A DNA stretch of 64,000 bases from a virus. The DNA lies in the IMG/VR virus record IMGVR_UViG_3300025150_000003, positions 1 through 64,000 of that record; one strand, given 5' to 3'. This document shows positions 36,858-46,555 of the stretch, one piece after another. The notes under the pieces were generated by a model, which was given only the letters and a program-made list of their open reading frames with translations, ran no database searches and was not told where the DNA came from. Numbering within the stretch: the stretch's first letter is position 1; each line of letters opens with the position of its first letter. Position numbers and translations under genes: made by a program.

Positions 36858-37552
36858 AATGCAAGGTCGTGTCTGTTGTAGGTTTGATAGGCAGTGGCAA
36901 AACGACTCTCTCACGAGAACTCGCACAGGCACTGGGTGCCCTGTGGTTGAGTGAACCGGATGAAAAGGAGGATCGCAATCCTTTCCTCGCAGACTACTAT
37001 GCAGACCCAACACGGTGGGCGTTCTCCCTACAGATCCATATGCTAGGGATGCGACTGCGTCAGCAACTTCATGCTCAGTGGCACGCAATGAATGGGGAAG
37101 GCCATGCAGTGCTGGACTCCTCATACTGGCAAGACACCGCCTTCGCTCGCCTCCAGCTCAAGGGCGGGATGATGACCGAGCGGGAGTTTGGCACCTACTC
37201 CAGCATCTACCACGCCATGACCGCAGGGGTTCTCCTCCCCTCCGTCTGCGTCCGTGTCCTCGCCTCACCCGAAGTCTGTGAACGACGGGTCGCCAAGCGG
37301 ATGGAGCAGGAGACCGGCCGCAAGTGCGAGGAGGCCATCTCCCTCGACTACCTCCGGGGATTGGAGCAGGAGATTGACCACATGGTCAGTGTGCTCCGGG
37401 GTATGGGAGTCCAGGTCCTCGACGTAGCGTGGGATGTCGATCGGGACACCCCGGAGCTGCGGCAGCAGGCCGTGGAAGCTCTGGCCTCCCGCATCACCGC
37501 CCTCAACCCACCGGACCTGTTCCTCGACATGCACCGGAGAGCAATTCTCTGA
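36854..37552 (+). CDS. Deoxynucleoside kinase (dNK family)
   Basis: GLIGSGKTT, EP, NPFL.DYY.DP.RWAF.LQ, D.S.WQD.AF, I..DYL. Confidence 0.9.
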   Translation: MKCKVVSVVGLIGSGKTTLSRELAQALGALWLSEPDEKEDRNPFLADYYADPTRWAFSLQIHMLGMRLRQQLHAQWHAMNGEGHAVLDSSYWQDTAFARLQLKGGMMTEREFGTYSSIYHAMTAGVLLPSVCVRVLASPEVCERRVAKRMEQETGRKCEEAISLDYLRGLEQEIDHMVSVLRGMGVQVLDVAWDVDRDTPELRQQAVEALASRITALNPPDLFLDMHRRAIL

Positions 37553-37583
37553 ACCCCCACAGAGTTTTGACCGTTACTCGGGA

Positions 37584-37628
37584 GAAACCCCGAAGCCCTA
37601 GATAGCAAAGGACTTCGGGGTTTCTTTT
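37584..37628 (+). terminator. Rho-independent terminator
   Basis: GAAACCCCGAAG...CTTCGGGGTTTC followed by TTTT. Confidence 0.8.
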
Positions 37629-37784
37629 GTCCGGTTTCAGGGGTCTGGAGGGAGGAAAATGGAGTTCACCTGGTGTGAACTCAGAATCCAGGCCGATTCA
37701 GTGCAAGAAACTCCACTTAGGACCCCACTTAGAGAATCTCGGTGGCGAAGTTTCTGTTTCTAGCCTGCAATAAGGCCCTGTTCG

Positions 37785-37848
37785 CAGATTCTCGGGCATC
37801 ACTTACAGATTCTCGGGCATCACCAGGACCCCGAGAATCTGCAAGTGA
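37785..37848. repeat. Iteron-like direct and inverted repeats in non-coding gap
   Basis: CAGATTCTCGGGCATCAC at 37785 and 37806; inverted CCCGAGAATCTGCAAGTGA at 37830. Confidence 0.8.
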
Positions 37849-38002
37849 AGAGGCCAGATCCAATCTGAGAGCGACTGGGACCCCTGACCCATTTGTCCCC
37901 GAACGGGGGGGATCTACCCCAAGAAAGGTAGCCCAGGACTAAGGACCCCCACCACACCCCCCGAAAAACGGGCGGGATGGTTCGAGGGGTTCAACGGGTA
38001 GA

Positions 38003-38554
38003 TCAGGCGATCTTGTTCCCATGACGGTACGGTCGAGTCTGGTTGTAGGCGTGCTTGCGGGCCATCACATCCTGCATGTCGATGCCTGCCCAACCGCAGA
38101 AGTCGAGAATACGGATGATGGCATCAGCCAACTCGACGGGCACCCCTTCGAGCTTGCCGGGCTTGTCCGAGTTCTCGTAGACCTCTGTGTGGCTGTGACC
38201 CGCCCGGTACTCCTCGAACGCCTCGGAGATTTCCGAGTGAAACAGAGCACAGATCTCACCGAAGTTCCGTGGCTTGCCCTCAGCCCACCAGCCTTTGTCC
38301 TTGGCCGTCTGGTGGATGACCTCAGCCCAACCATTGAGGGTCATCGGAGGGGCCTCGCACTCGCAGGGCATCCCACCGAACACGATGGCCCGAGCGCAGT
38401 GCTCAGTGTGACCTCGCTCCATCTCACGGGAGATCTTCTCGGCCTCCAGAGCATTTTGAAGTCGAAGAACCTCGGCAGCGAACCGGATGTTCTCCCTTTC
38501 CAGGTCGGTGATGGAAGGGGTGAGCAGCTCTTGGAATGAGGGCTTGTCGGACAT
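38003..38554 (-). CDS. MazG-like NTP pyrophosphohydrolase
   Basis: ALFHSEISEAFEEYR, VELADAIIRILD, K..YN..R. Confidence 0.88.
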   Translation of the reverse strand: MSDKPSFQELLTPSITDLERENIRFAAEVLRLQNALEAEKISREMERGHTEHCARAIVFGGMPCECEAPPMTLNGWAEVIHQTAKDKGWWAEGKPRNFGEICALFHSEISEAFEEYRAGHSHTEVYENSDKPGKLEGVPVELADAIIRILDFCGWAGIDMQDVMARKHAYNQTRPYRHGNKIA

Positions 38555-38610
38555 AGGTTCATCCTTCGGGGACAGGGTTGGTTCCTGTTCTACCCTAAGA
38601 TGACCCAGAA

Positions 38611-39153
38611 CTACTCGCCCTTGGCGTTCCAGCAACTCCGGCAGCGAGCTTCATACTGGGACGCCCCTACCTCGACCTGATGCTCTTTTGGACCCTTGTG
38701 GAAGGTCCTGCTGGCAGGCTCACCACAGGAGACACAGACCGCTGAGAGCTTCGTCACATCCTCAGCGATAGCCATCAGGGCAGGGATGGGGCCGAAAAGT
38801 TGCCCGTTCGAGTCCAGGTCCAGCCCGGCTACGATGACTCGAACACCCGAGTTCGCTTTGTCTTCACAGAACTCGATCAAGACCGGGAGGAAGAACTGAG
38901 CCTCGTCGATGCCAATGACATCGAGCCCCTGGGCCATCTTGTTGAGATCCCCGACGTTGTGGCAGGGCTTGGCCACGAACGTCACCCCAGTGTGGCAACC
39001 GATGTTCACGGGGTCATAGCGGTCATCCGAAGCGTGCTTGAACGCCCCTACCCGCTTCTTGGCGATCTGGGCTCGCCGAAGTCGGCGGACCAGCTCCTCG
39101 CTTTTGCCACCGAACATGCAGCCGGTGATGACCTCGATGCGTCCTCTCGACAT
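38611..39153 (-). CDS. tdk: Thymidine kinase
   Basis: GCMFGGKSEEL, IDEAQF, VAGLDLD, CVSC...YEARCRSC. Confidence 0.95.
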   Translation of the reverse strand: MSRGRIEVITGCMFGGKSEELVRRLRRAQIAKKRVGAFKHASDDRYDPVNIGCHTGVTFVAKPCHNVGDLNKMAQGLDVIGIDEAQFFLPVLIEFCEDKANSGVRVIVAGLDLDSNGQLFGPIPALMAIAEDVTKLSAVCVSCGEPASRTFHKGPKEHQVEVGASQYEARCRSCWNAKGE

Positions 39154-39191
39154 AGTGACCTCGTACACGGTGAGGGGAGACTTGCTCCATT

Positions 39192-39671
39192 CTACCCGTC
39201 CAGGCACACTCGACGATGGGGGCACGGAGTCGTTGCTGCAAGATACCGTGAGGCAACCCTGTTCGTGGCATCACGAGGGTCAGAGACCAGGGCGACGAGA
39301 TTCTTGCGAACCTGCCGGATCCGCTGGGCGATCTCGGGCATAGGCTTGCCGTCCTCGAAGTCCTCCAACCAGAACCGGGCGTACTCCGCCAGTTCCTCAG
39401 CCGTGTCCCTGTACATCCCAACCGTGTCCAGTCCAGAGGCCTCCTCGGCGAACCCCTCGATGGTCATCAAGTGCTTGCGGATGCAGTCCGGGCAGTGCTT
39501 GTAGGGATGTTGGAGATGATCCTCAAGCAGAAGCATTTGCTTGGCGACTTCGCGCAGGTTGAACCGAGGGTGCAGTAGGGACATCCGCCCACCCGTCTGT
39601 GGAGCATCGCCACAGGCTTGCTTCTGGAACTGGCGGGCCACTAGGCGGCGTTCTGCGTGTCTCGTGTCCAT
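39192..39671 (-). CDS. Hypothetical protein with CPDC and RVASRYL motif
   Basis: LLEDHL...CPDCIRKH. Confidence 0.7.
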   Translation of the reverse strand: MDTRHAERRLVARQFQKQACGDAPQTGGRMSLLHPRFNLREVAKQMLLLEDHLQHPYKHCPDCIRKHLMTIEGFAEEASGLDTVGMYRDTAEELAEYARFWLEDFEDGKPMPEIAQRIRQVRKNLVALVSDPRDATNRVASRYLAATTPCPHRRVCLDG

Positions 39672-39700
39672 ACCCTTCCAGGGGCATAGGTGAAAAATTG

Positions 39701-39731
39701 GGGCTCAACTCAGAACCGCCATCCGTAGTAG
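39701..39731 (+). promoter_or_regulatory. Class I promoter-like motif (upstream of tRNA-like RNA)
   Basis: Perfect consensus. Confidence 0.8.
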
Positions 39732-39737
39732 GGGTGT

Positions 39738-39920
39738 GAGAGTAATAGGCAGGCAAGCCTAGCCTGACCGGGATGCCGGTCAGGAGACAAAACGAGAGGA
39801 CTTTTCTCCTGAGATGGTTTGATTCCGCCCCGCCTGGTTGGCTCGCCTTGGACACAAGGCTTACAGGGCAAGTCTCAGGAGAGGGACCTAACGTTCCTGG
39901 TTCGAATCCAGGTGCTCCCA
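39738..39920 (+). ncRNA. tRNA-like RNA with expanded central domain
   Basis: Starts right after class I motif; GAGAGTA/TGCTCCC, AGGC-AGGCAA-GCCT, CCTGG-TTCGAAT-CCAGG; internal long stems. Confidence 0.65.
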
Positions 39921-39941
39921 CACCCTAACCCACGAGAAGGA

Positions 39942-40580
39942 CTAGACGTCCTCGGCCTCGAACCCCTTCTTCGTTCGCTTGACCGTGTAGCCGGCCTTCT
40001 CGGTGGCGTTGACCACCTGCGCAAGGTCCTCAGCACGGCCCTTGGCCTGAGCCATCTCCAGCTCGTGAAGGACTTTCTTCTGCTTGGCGTTGAGCTTCAT
40101 GTTGCCCTGGGCCGTCATCATCCCGGTGTCTTTGTCCTGCCGGCGTGAAGTGAGACCAGTTGCCCCAGGCTTGAGCAGCTTGACAAGGCGGGGGTCCATC
40201 GAGTGCAGGGCGATGTCCCACTGCATATCGAGGAACAATCCTGCCATCACCTCGACCGGCTTGCCATTGTACATGCTGGGCAAGCGCTCCTTACAGAGCG
40301 AGATGCCTGTCCGGGTCTTCAGCTCCAGGTCGAAGAAGAACACTGACATCGGGGCCGTTGGCTTGTTGAACGTGAGCCGGAACTGCACACCAATGCGGTG
40401 ATCACCGATCAGGAACCGGGGACGGTCCAGGGTGCCCCAACCGTGGATGATGAGCTGAATGTCCTCCGCCTCTACGAGACGGTGGATGACTTCTTGCTCA
40501 TCTTCGGACATCGGGACATAGAGACCTCGGCTATTCTTGCCACCGAAGATGTTGGTCCCGTCGATTTTCTTGCTGCTCAT
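39942..40580 (-). CDS. Hypothetical protein
   Basis: ATGA coupling. Confidence 0.75.
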   Translation of the reverse strand: MSSKKIDGTNIFGGKNSRGLYVPMSEDEQEVIHRLVEAEDIQLIIHGWGTLDRPRFLIGDHRIGVQFRLTFNKPTAPMSVFFFDLELKTRTGISLCKERLPSMYNGKPVEVMAGLFLDMQWDIALHSMDPRLVKLLKPGATGLTSRRQDKDTGMMTAQGNMKLNAKQKKVLHELEMAQAKGRAEDLAQVVNATEKAGYTVKRTKKGFEAEDV

Positions 40581-41074
40581 CGGCACACCCTTACATGACA
40601 AGCCCGAGGCCGCCCTTCGCGGAAGCCTGCAAAAAAGATGATCTGGTGACCCGTGAGGGGTATACGCCCATCAGCAATCTCACTCTCGTGCAGATGGTAG
40701 CTCACCTGATCACTCCCCATGACGAAACCATACCGACGCAGAGCATCGAACGACTCCACCACACCGATGATCATGCGAGGGGTTGTCTCACGAACAACCC
40801 GTTGAGCCCGGGGAGCCTTACCACCGGGCTCACCTTCGGGACTGTCCACCAGCACCCACTCACCAAGAATCGGTGGGGGTGAGTCCACAGGGTTCTGACA
40901 GCGAGGTGGCCCAGGACATCCCATGCACCGAGCCACCTCAACTGATTCCCCCGGGTGGAACACTGCGAGGTGGAAAAACACCTCTCGCAGGGTCCCCTCG
41001 TCATCCAGGCCTGAGCAGAAGCCGTAGAGCTTCTCGGGGATGTACTTGACGACCCGCATCCTGACTGTAGACAC
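40577..41074 (-). CDS. Tandem cold-shock/OB-fold protein
   Basis: YGFC...VFFH and YGFV...YHLH RNP-like motifs. Confidence 0.75.
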   Translation of the reverse strand: MSTVRMRVVKYIPEKLYGFCSGLDDEGTLREVFFHLAVFHPGESVEVARCMGCPGPPRCQNPVDSPPPILGEWVLVDSPEGEPGGKAPRAQRVVRETTPRMIIGVVESFDALRRYGFVMGSDQVSYHLHESEIADGRIPLTGHQIIFFAGFREGRPRACHVRVCR

Positions 41075-41085
41075 GGGAGTCCCCT

Positions 41086-41511
41086 CTACTTGCCGAAATG
41101 GGCATCCAAAGCGGCGAGGATCTCAGCCTTGGTGGCAGTGTCCTCGTGTACCACTCCGTACTGTGCCGCCAAAGCAACCAGGTCGGTTTTCCGGGTGAGC
41201 TTGTCGTAGGTGGGCACCTCAGGCTCGACGACCTCAGCAACGAGGGGCTCCTCTTCGATGACCTTGGGCTCGGTGACAGGAGACTCAGCCCCAGCCTGCA
41301 CGATGTGGTGGTGGTCGTCCGGGGTGCCGAACTTGTGGTCATCCCCAGCCTCTACGACCACATCGACCGCGCCCACGGAGACACGGATGTCCGCCGGAGC
41401 TGGTGGTGCTGTGAGTAGAGCTTCCTCTACGTTCACTGGATCTGTGGAAGGCTTGGGGGGTGCATCGGCTTTGATTTGCCGCATACGAGCGAATGGGGGT
41501 CGGTAGGTCAT
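41086..41511 (-). CDS. Hypothetical protein with C-terminal helix-extension-helix motif
   Basis: RKTDLVALAAQYGV...TKAEILAAL. Confidence 0.7.
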   Translation of the reverse strand: MTYRPPFARMRQIKADAPPKPSTDPVNVEEALLTAPPAPADIRVSVGAVDVVVEAGDDHKFGTPDDHHHIVQAGAESPVTEPKVIEEEPLVAEVVEPEVPTYDKLTRKTDLVALAAQYGVVHEDTATKAEILAALDAHFGK

Positions 41512-41527
41512 CTTGATTCTCCTTGTT

Positions 41528-41905
41528 TCAGGCGACGAGGCTTTTGACAATCCCAGCGAAGATCTGCCCGAAGGCATCACCGACCTTCACGAAGAAGTCA
41601 CGGGCCGAGGACTTGTCATCGGCTTCTGCGTTCTGGATCTTGGCCACGAAGTCCGATGCGGTCCGGGGACTTGCCCAGTCGATCTCGGGGACCTTGTTCT
41701 CGAACAAGGCGTCGATGGCCTTGCGGGCCAGCTCGATGCCAGCCATCCCGTGAGCTGCCACAGCGTCACCGAGAAGGGCCAGGGCGACCTGCGCCCACGG
41801 CTCATCCTGGTCAGCGGCCAGGTCCTTGAACACATCTTCGAGGGTGTCCACGCCAACCTGGCCGAGCACGGGGATCAGATTGTTGAGGAGCTGTTGGAAG
41901 TTCAT
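41528..41905 (-). CDS. Hypothetical protein
   Basis: GGAGG RBS. Confidence 0.75.
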   Translation of the reverse strand: MNFQQLLNNLIPVLGQVGVDTLEDVFKDLAADQDEPWAQVALALLGDAVAAHGMAGIELARKAIDALFENKVPEIDWASPRTASDFVAKIQNAEADDKSSARDFFVKVGDAFGQIFAGIVKSLVA

Positions 41906-41991
41906 CAGTTGCCTCCCGTTGAAGCGGATGCTGGGTAGGTGTGGTTCGCTCGAATAGACGCTGCCAGGTGAGTACCGGCCATAGACCTCAC

Positions 41992-42348
41992 TCATTCCAC
42001 AGGTGCCGGGCACAGGGTGCTGCTGGCAGGGATGACGGGTGGGACCTTGGGCGGGCGGGTGTCACTGATACCAGCGAGGTACAGGCTCATCGCCTTGTGC
42101 CACTCGTGCCGAGCCTCGATGGTCAGGACGAAGTCGGCGGATGCCGCACAGGCGGGGTCCACGAACTTCATTGCCGCATCACAGGTGCAGGAGGTGGCCA
42201 TGAACCCCTTGAGCAAAGCTGCTTGCTTGGTGGCCCAGGCGTCGTACTGGTTCAGCTCGGTCTGGTAGACCACGGTGTCCCGCACGATGTACTCAGTGCA
42301 GCCGGTGAAAACCAGTGCTAGCAAGAGGATGGAGAGGAGCTTCTTCAC
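41992..42348 (-). CDS. Putative lipoprotein
   Basis: KKLLSILLLALVFTGC lipobox. Confidence 0.75.
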   Translation of the reverse strand: MKKLLSILLLALVFTGCTEYIVRDTVVYQTELNQYDAWATKQAALLKGFMATSCTCDAAMKFVDPACAASADFVLTIEARHEWHKAMSLYLAGISDTRPPKVPPVIPASSTLCPAPVE

Positions 42349-42385
42349 GACGACCTCCAGGTGGGATTTAGTAGAGGGTGAGACC

Positions 42386-42736
42386 TTACCCAAGTCCGCC
42401 TTCTGGATCCTCAGAAGGGGTGGGGGGGGCCGTAGGTTTCTTGTCGGGACCATTCGTGACGGTCATACTTCGTCTGGTGACCTCAAACACCTTTCCGTTC
42501 TGAGAGGCGATCTGGGCGATACGGGTGTACTTGTCCAGGCTGGCTTGTCCGAGAATGAACCCTGCTTCCACGAACCCCGCTACAACCACGATAGCGAACA
42601 GGATGATGAACACCTGCTGCGGGATTGAGTCCTTTCCCCAGAAGAGCACCAGCCCTGCCAGGATCTTCCAGGTGATCTCGGCTACCAGGTACGCGATGAA
42701 CTTGCGACTTTTGAGTGGTGGCTCACGCATGGACAT
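42386..42736 (-). CDS. Two-TM membrane protein (holin-like topology)
   Basis: LKSRKF then two TM helices. Confidence 0.6.
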   Translation of the reverse strand: MSMREPPLKSRKFIAYLVAEITWKILAGLVLFWGKDSIPQQVFIILFAIVVVAGFVEAGFILGQASLDKYTRIAQIASQNGKVFEVTRRSMTVTNGPDKKPTAPPTPSEDPEGGLG

Positions 42737-43607
42737 GGTTCACCTGCTTCATTTGTTTGGCTTTTTTGCCTGTAATGGCTGCAGCGATCTGCTCCGGGGT
42801 CTTCGGACGCCCTTTCAAGGCCGCCGACTTTTTTGCCCTGTCCTCTGGGGAACAGACCCGTCCTGAGTTTGCCGCACTGATCCGTGCCTTTGTCACAGAG
42901 GACAAGGGCTTTCCTCGACGGGCCTCGTGGTTACGCACCAAAACCGCCAGGGCTTGAACACGGTGCTCCTCTGTCAAAGGGCAACCACATTTGGCTGCTG
43001 CCACCCGAGAAACATGCTCAGCACTCAAGGTCCGGCCTTGAAGTGCAACCGCAATTTTTGCTCGATGACCCGCGGACTTGGCAACACCTGCTCCCTTACC
43101 CTGCATTGCGGTACTCATCCGGGCACGAGTTGCAGCAGAAACATGACGACCTGCTTGAGCCCGGCTCATCCGCAGCTTTGTTGTGGGGCTCACGGTCTTC
43201 CCTTTGTTTCCTTGGCTGATCTTGGCACAGGTTTCTGGGGAATGTCCCCGTTTACCTTCCTCTACCGCAATCAGATTGTAGCCGTGCTCACGCTCTCTGG
43301 TCTGGTACTGGTTGATGAACTGCGTCTCTAGGATGTCCCGCTCGGCTGGATCACCGCACTCCCGTAGGAGCAGGAACTCAAAAGCTCGCTCACCCAACGT
43401 GGTCCAGGCAGCTTGGAGGTGTGGGTTACCGTGGGACCCTCGGTTCAAGGCCCACCGATGTTGGGTCCAACGACGGAGCACCACCCGGGATTGACCAATG
43501 TAGGCTTTCCCATTGGCACACCGGATCATGTAGATCCCAGCGGTTTGGCGATTCAGGGGTGTACTCTGGAGAGGAGGCTTGCCGTCCATGTCTGTGTCGG
43601 CCATCAA
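42723..43607 (-). mobile_element. GIY-YIG homing endonuclease with NUMOD3-like repeats
   Basis: GIYMI...AYIGQS..RW..H; repeated S.ET.AKIS. Confidence 0.92.
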
Positions 43608-43951
43608 CTGTTCCCTCCACGCCGTGTACCACCGAATCGACCAGTGGCATGAACCCCAATCTTGTTCTGAGACGCCTGGAAAGCGTCTTCAACCACCTTG
43701 GGGTCCACCGCGATCAGATCGGCTGCCGCGATGAGCCCACGCAACCGGATCTGCTCATCTTCGAGCATGTTCGGTACGAGGCGATTGAACGAGGAGCGAG
43801 AGGCGGGGATGCGACGCAGGAAGTCGATGATCACGCCATCATCCAGATGGATCCGGTTGGTGGCATCACCCTCAACTCCCTTGAGGAGGTTGTACCCACT
43901 GTTGTTGATCCACCATTCGCCCACAGACACCTCGACGACGCAGGGAGACAT
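43604..43951 (-). CDS. Hypothetical protein
   Basis: 115-aa ORF; class II motif upstream. Confidence 0.7.
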   Translation of the reverse strand: MSPCVVEVSVGEWWINNSGYNLLKGVEGDATNRIHLDDGVIIDFLRRIPASRSSFNRLVPNMLEDEQIRLRGLIAAADLIAVDPKVVEDAFQASQNKIGVHATGRFGGTRRGGNS

Positions 43952-43955
43952 GTCC

Positions 43956-43986
43956 CTACCTCATCAGGTGTATAGGCTCGCCAACG
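43956..43986 (-). promoter_or_regulatory. Class II promoter-like motif
   Basis: CGTT-N7-CTAT-N12-GTAG. Confidence 0.55.
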
Positions 43987-43996
43987 AAGGGTTGAC

Positions 43997-44944
43997 TCAG
44001 TCTTCGTTGGGCGGCGGTGGTGCGGGGACCGACAGGATGGCGTCGATGTCTACCTCTGCCTCTGCGTTGCCTGCGATGGCCGACAGACTACGTCCCGTCC
44101 TCTTAGGCGGTGACCCCAGGGCAGGTGTTCCACGTCGAGGGGGACGCACCGGCGGGGGCAGGGGAGGCCGGTCAGACTCGACCTCCGTGTTCCTGATGGG
44201 GGCATTGACAGGGTTCCGTACAGCCGGACCCTTGAAATCAAACGGAGACCCGAAGGGTGTCGCAGGGGTGCCGTTGTTCTTCTTGACGGGAGTCTCCCCG
44301 AACAAGGCGTCCAACCCCTCGTCGTCATCAGCCACTGTGATGAATGGGGTGGGTTCAATCTGAACCGTTCGTGGAGTCCCCACTGCGGGTGCAGTCTTCA
44401 TCATGACCGGGGCCTTCACCACTGGCGCTGGCTTGGGTGCCAGAGCTTTCATCACAGGTGCTGGCTCTGGCTTGCCCGCCTTCACAGCGTCAATGGCCTT
44501 GAGCAGCTTGGTCTTCGCCTTCCCAAATGGTTCCGGGTCGATGCCGAGAAAGGTGGCCTCCTGTCTCAGTTCCTCGATGGGAGGGAGGTTCGACTTGCGG
44601 ACCTTGGGGATCTGAGGATCAGACTGGACCTCGTCTGGGGTGAGGTAGTGGATCTCCAGCAGAATCTCCCCTGCCTCGTCCACGACCACCAGGGGTTGAC
44701 CTCTTCGGCCGATCTTCCGGGCGGCGTGTTCCGCGATGATCTCCATCAGAGGATTGGCGGTCAACACTCGGTTGGCCGCCAACACCGCTGCTTGCAACTC
44801 CGCTTTGGCCGCCCCAAGCCGGGCTCCCACGCTGCTATACGCCTCTGGCCTGGAGGCTGCCTCATCCTCGAAAGGGACGTTCAGCAGAGCTTCCGCCAGG
44901 TCCACGGGCAGCGTTTCTCGATGAACTCGGGTGGCTTTCTTCAT
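43997..44944 (-). CDS. Hypothetical protein, Pro-rich C-terminus
   Basis: AAGGA RBS. Confidence 0.7.
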   Translation of the reverse strand: MKKATRVHRETLPVDLAEALLNVPFEDEAASRPEAYSSVGARLGAAKAELQAAVLAANRVLTANPLMEIIAEHAARKIGRRGQPLVVVDEAGEILLEIHYLTPDEVQSDPQIPKVRKSNLPPIEELRQEATFLGIDPEPFGKAKTKLLKAIDAVKAGKPEPAPVMKALAPKPAPVVKAPVMMKTAPAVGTPRTVQIEPTPFITVADDDEGLDALFGETPVKKNNGTPATPFGSPFDFKGPAVRNPVNAPIRNTEVESDRPPLPPPVRPPRRGTPALGSPPKRTGRSLSAIAGNAEAEVDIDAILSVPAPPPPNED

Positions 44945-44963
44945 GGTCCTTGATGTCCTGTGT

Positions 44964-45665
44964 TCAGAGGGGCCACTCGTTGGGCTTGCCGGCCATCCGC
45001 CAGGCCAACAAGCGACCTGGCACCACCTTTGACCAGGCCTCACGGTCCTTGCCTTTCGCCTGCCGAAGCACCTTGTCCACCTCCATGGCCAGACGGCAGT
45101 CCGCCAGGGCCGTGTGGGCGTTCTTGACGGGAATCCCCAGGGCCACGCAGGTGGGCACCAGAGAGATGCTTTCCATCCAGGGCAGCAGGTGCTCCAGGGT
45201 CAAGGTGCAGGTGTCGTAGAGGTGGTAGTCCATCCGGGTCTTGATGCCATGACGCTTGAACGTCGCATTGAGGAACCCTGCATCGAATCGCACGTTCTGA
45301 CCCGCAACGATGGCCTCATCAAGGATGCCGCAGTCGGCAACCTTCTGCCAGAAAACCTTGGGGTCTTCGGCATCCGCCCAGGCTTCCTCCGTGTAGCCGT
45401 TGACTTCCAGTGCCTTTGGGTGAGCGTTCTCCGGCCGTTCCATCTTGACCTTGGAGTGGATCACCCACTCTATCCCATCAGGATTCAGCCGGATGATGGC
45501 GACCTCGATGATGTCGTTGACATCCGGGTCGAGGCCAGTGGTTTCGGTGTCCACCCATACGAAGGGCTTGGCGTAGAGGGGAGTGTAAGTTCGGGCCACA
45601 GGGTACTCCGGGAGTGAGGTCCCCCACCTTACCCACCTCAGCCCGGACCCATGTCCCCCTGCCAC
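44964..45665 (-). CDS. DEDDh 3'-5' exonuclease
   Basis: DTETTGL, GQNVRFD, HTALAD; start uncertain. Confidence 0.92.
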   Translation of the reverse strand: MAGGHGSGLRWVRWGTSLPEYPVARTYTPLYAKPFVWVDTETTGLDPDVNDIIEVAIIRLNPDGIEWVIHSKVKMERPENAHPKALEVNGYTEEAWADAEDPKVFWQKVADCGILDEAIVAGQNVRFDAGFLNATFKRHGIKTRMDYHLYDTCTLTLEHLLPWMESISLVPTCVALGIPVKNAHTALADCRLAMEVDKVLRQAKGKDREAWSKVVPGRLLAWRMAGKPNEWPL

Positions 45666-45955
45666 CAGTAGACGGCTTCAATAGCGAGAGGCACCTCGCA
45701 CCAGAGGTCACACGTGTTGACGGCTTCCAACGTCTTCTGAAAGGACCTCAGTCCACTGCACAAGGTGATGGGACCACGTCCGTATTCGTCCTTCAGAACG
45801 ACCACCACACGAGGTGAGCCCGCGTGTTGCCCGTGTCCACCACGTTCGTAACAGACCTGAACCACCACTTCATCCAGAAGAGTCAGGGTGGCTCGATCCT
45901 GAAGTGGTGACCCGTTCTGATAACGGGTCACCACTCGATCTTTGGTGGTCGCCAT
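45638..45955 (-). CDS. Hypothetical protein
   Basis: 105-aa ORF directly after TAG of upstream gene. Confidence 0.55.
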   Translation of the reverse strand: MATTKDRVVTRYQNGSPLQDRATLTLLDEVVVQVCYERGGHGQHAGSPRVVVVLKDEYGRGPITLCSGLRSFQKTLEAVNTCDLWCEVPLAIEAVYWWQGDMGPG

Positions 45956-46429
45956 CTAGTAGTCCCGACGCCGGTTGGGTACGCAATGACGGAACACCTG
46001 ACCGAAGGTTTCGTAGTCACCCGGAACGTCCAGGGTGTCCAGGTCCATCATGGTGATTAGGATCACCTCGTAGTAGTTGTTGGGGTCGAGAGCTGCCTGG
46101 TTGGCTACCTCGATCGCATTGGCCTTGCTCGCGGTGATGAGCAGGCGCTTGGGAGCCTCCCACGGCTCCATCGCCTCCACGATGTAGAGGTCACTGTCGT
46201 GGACGGCGAACTCGTCGAAGGTGTGCTGAGCAATACGCTCAGCCTCCGCCTCGACGAGGCGGGCGGAGACCTCCTCGTCCACGATCTCGTCGAGGCCCTC
46301 TTCGATGAAGGCACGGTCGAGAGCACGACGACCAACCTTGGAAGCGGCCTTGGCCTCGGCACGGGTGCCACGAAAGCCCCCTCCGTTCTTCGCTCCGCAA
46401 TGTTCAGTCTGGTGAGTCCAGTGCGACAT
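45956..46429 (-). CDS. Hypothetical protein
   Basis: GGAGG RBS, class I motif upstream. Confidence 0.75.
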   Translation of the reverse strand: MSHWTHQTEHCGAKNGGGFRGTRAEAKAASKVGRRALDRAFIEEGLDEIVDEEVSARLVEAEAERIAQHTFDEFAVHDSDLYIVEAMEPWEAPKRLLITASKANAIEVANQAALDPNNYYEVILITMMDLDTLDVPGDYETFGQVFRHCVPNRRRDY

Positions 46430-46452
46430 CTCAGCCCTCCGTTGTTCTGAGT

Positions 46453-46483
46453 CTACTACGGAGCAAGGGGCGAAGTTGAGCCC
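46453..46483 (-). promoter_or_regulatory. Class I promoter-like motif
   Basis: Perfect consensus. Confidence 0.8.
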
Positions 46484-46491
46484 CTTAAACG

Positions 46492-46527
46492 AAAAAAGGC
46501 CGTTCCCAGCGAACTGGGAACGGCCTT
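46492..46527 (-). terminator. Rho-independent terminator
   Basis: AAGGCCGTTCCCAG...CTGGGAACGGCCTT plus T-tract on minus strand. Confidence 0.85.
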
Positions 46528-46555
46528 CGAGTTCCGGCCTGGGGGGCGACCGGGA

